From assembly GCF_000143415.4 (NCBI RefSeq), contig NW_003314400.1, forward strand, positions 1 to 64,000: 64,000 bases of DNA. Reading direction: 5' to 3'. The notes below the pieces were generated by a model, which saw nothing but the letters and a program-made list of their open reading frames with translations, searched no databases and was not told the origin of the DNA. Positions 62,461 through 64,000 of this stretch are shown in pieces. Each line of letters opens with the position of its first letter. Positions within the stretch are counted from its first letter, which is position 1. Origin of the DNA: Selaginella moellendorffii (lineage: Eukaryota > Plantae > Lycopodiophyta). Both the position numbers and the translations under genes were made by a program.

Positions 62461-64000
62461 TCTGCACGTCCTTCCGCTCCACTTCGCTGCACGTCCTTCC
62501 GCTCCACTTCTTATGGGTGATGGTCCTGTTCCAATGGAGGTTGATGCTGCTGCTGCTCGAGTCCAAGGACAAGCGCGAGGACGTGGTCATGGCCGTGATG
62601 TTCACTGCTGGGCGTGTGATGAAGTTGGTCATACTTATCGGCGTTGCCGTTGTTTTCCGGATTGGCGACCTCCATTTCCTGGGTGGAGACGTTGGCGTTA
62701 GCAACGTCCCCTGGGTGCTGCTGCAGTGGAAGATCTGGACACCGAGATGCATCCGGGAAACGAGGAGTCGCACGAGTAACGGAGGGACCTTGCGCGAATA
62801 AATCAGTGACCCCTCCATCTTTCTTTCGGGAGTATCATCAAGGGGTTCACTTGGCACCAGTTCATCTAGTGTTTACTTTCCAAACTCGTTTTTATAACAA
62901 GAGGTCTCCTATTCTTCTCTCCGTGTTGGTTGATACAGGTTCGAGTTTATCTTCTATTGCTCGACCTGTTGCCACACGTTGTCGTCTACACTTGCGTCGT
63001 GCAGCAGAACTAGTTTTCATTCTTTATGGCAACGGCCGTACACATGCATGTGCACGGGATGAGGTGGACCTGGTTGTGCGTGTGGGCGATCTCGAGCTTG
63101 AGTTGCAGTCGTTGCGGGTGGTGCCGAGTCAAGCTTTTGACCTCATTCTTGGTATGGATTGGTTGCAGCGCAATCATGCCAAGTGTGACTTTGAGGCTTC
63201 TCCCCCTTATCTCATACTTCCTTATGTTTCATCCATTCCTCTCACTTCTATACCCCTTCGTCCCTCTACTTCTACCTCTGCTTCCATTACTTTTGTTCCC
63301 CCACTCTTTCCTTCTGTGTTTCCATTTTGTTCTGCTTTTTCCTTTTCCGATCCCTCCGACGATCTTTGTGTTGCAGCAGTTGATCGGCTCATGAAGGAGT
63401 ATTCTGATCTCTTTGAATTTGACCTATCGTCTGGGGCCAAGATTGCCACACGACATCCGATTCCAACTAGGGATGCTCGTCCAATCAAGGTTCCTGTTCG
63501 TCGTCAGTCACCTAAGGAGATCAAGATTTTACGAGCAAACGTCAAGGAAATGCTGGAGAAGGGTGTTATTCGGAAGTTGCGGAGTCCTTGGGCATGTGAA
63601 CCTCATCTTGTGACGAAGCCTGATGGGAGTATTTGTTTCTGCATCGACTATCGTCCGTTAAACGAAGTGACGATCCCAAATGTGTATCCTCTTCCTCACA
63701 CTGCTAATCTCTTGGATCGTCTGGGGTGAAGTCGTTGGTTCACCAAGCTAGATCTTGCTTCTGGGTATTGGCAAGTACCGATGGCCGAAGAAGATATTCC
63801 TAAGATTTCTTTTCGTACACCATTTGGTTTGTACGAGTTCTTGGTGATGCCGTTTGGTTTGAACAATGCTCCAGCAACTTTCCAGCGGATGATGGACGAG
63901 GTTCTTTGCGATATGCCGGAGGTGACTACTGACTTCATTGATGATGTCTTGATCCACTCGGAGGGGACGTGGGAGGAGCACGTTCGTGATGTTTGTAAAG
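62461..64000 (+). mobile_element. 5'-truncated Ty3/Gypsy (gag end, protease, RT), runs off the window
   Basis: PVPMEVD, CWACDEVGHTYRRC, VLVDTGSS, FCIDYRPLN and FIDDVLIHS. No LTR at the left junction. Confidence 0.93.

Overview
Plant nuclear DNA, most likely the lycophyte Selaginella. This is inferred from the PLS-type PPR debris, the 47-61 nt introns and the UGT; it was not searched against a database. Host content is a module of PPR pseudogene + unknown ~240-aa gene + UDP-glycosyltransferase present three times. Only the UGT at 30181-31666 is intact, and the two outer copies lie in an ~8 kb direct segmental duplication (1-7975 vs 54511-62448). Between them is a nest of elements: a decayed chromovirus, a full-length chromovirus Ty3/Gypsy (11858-19268), two related solo LTRs, and about eight Cassandra-type TRIMs or remnants with 5S-like LTRs. 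The main finding is a 13.7 kb Sola-like DNA transposon (36948-50680) with 24-bp TIRs and a CATT TSD. It encodes a ~1020-aa DDE transposase and, head-to-head, a 10-exon ~1630-aa protein with ParB-like, degenerate DNA-methyltransferase-like and FCP1/SCP-type HAD phosphatase regions. It also carries about 30 copies of a 22-bp palindrome (ATGGCATGAGGCCTCATGCCAT) that I found nowhere else in the window. Secondary highlights are a GT-AG intron inside the Gypsy integrase that decides whether the chromodomain is made, and shared termini, PBS and PPT between that Gypsy and the Cassandras. All domain calls are by-eye motif recognition, not HMM results.
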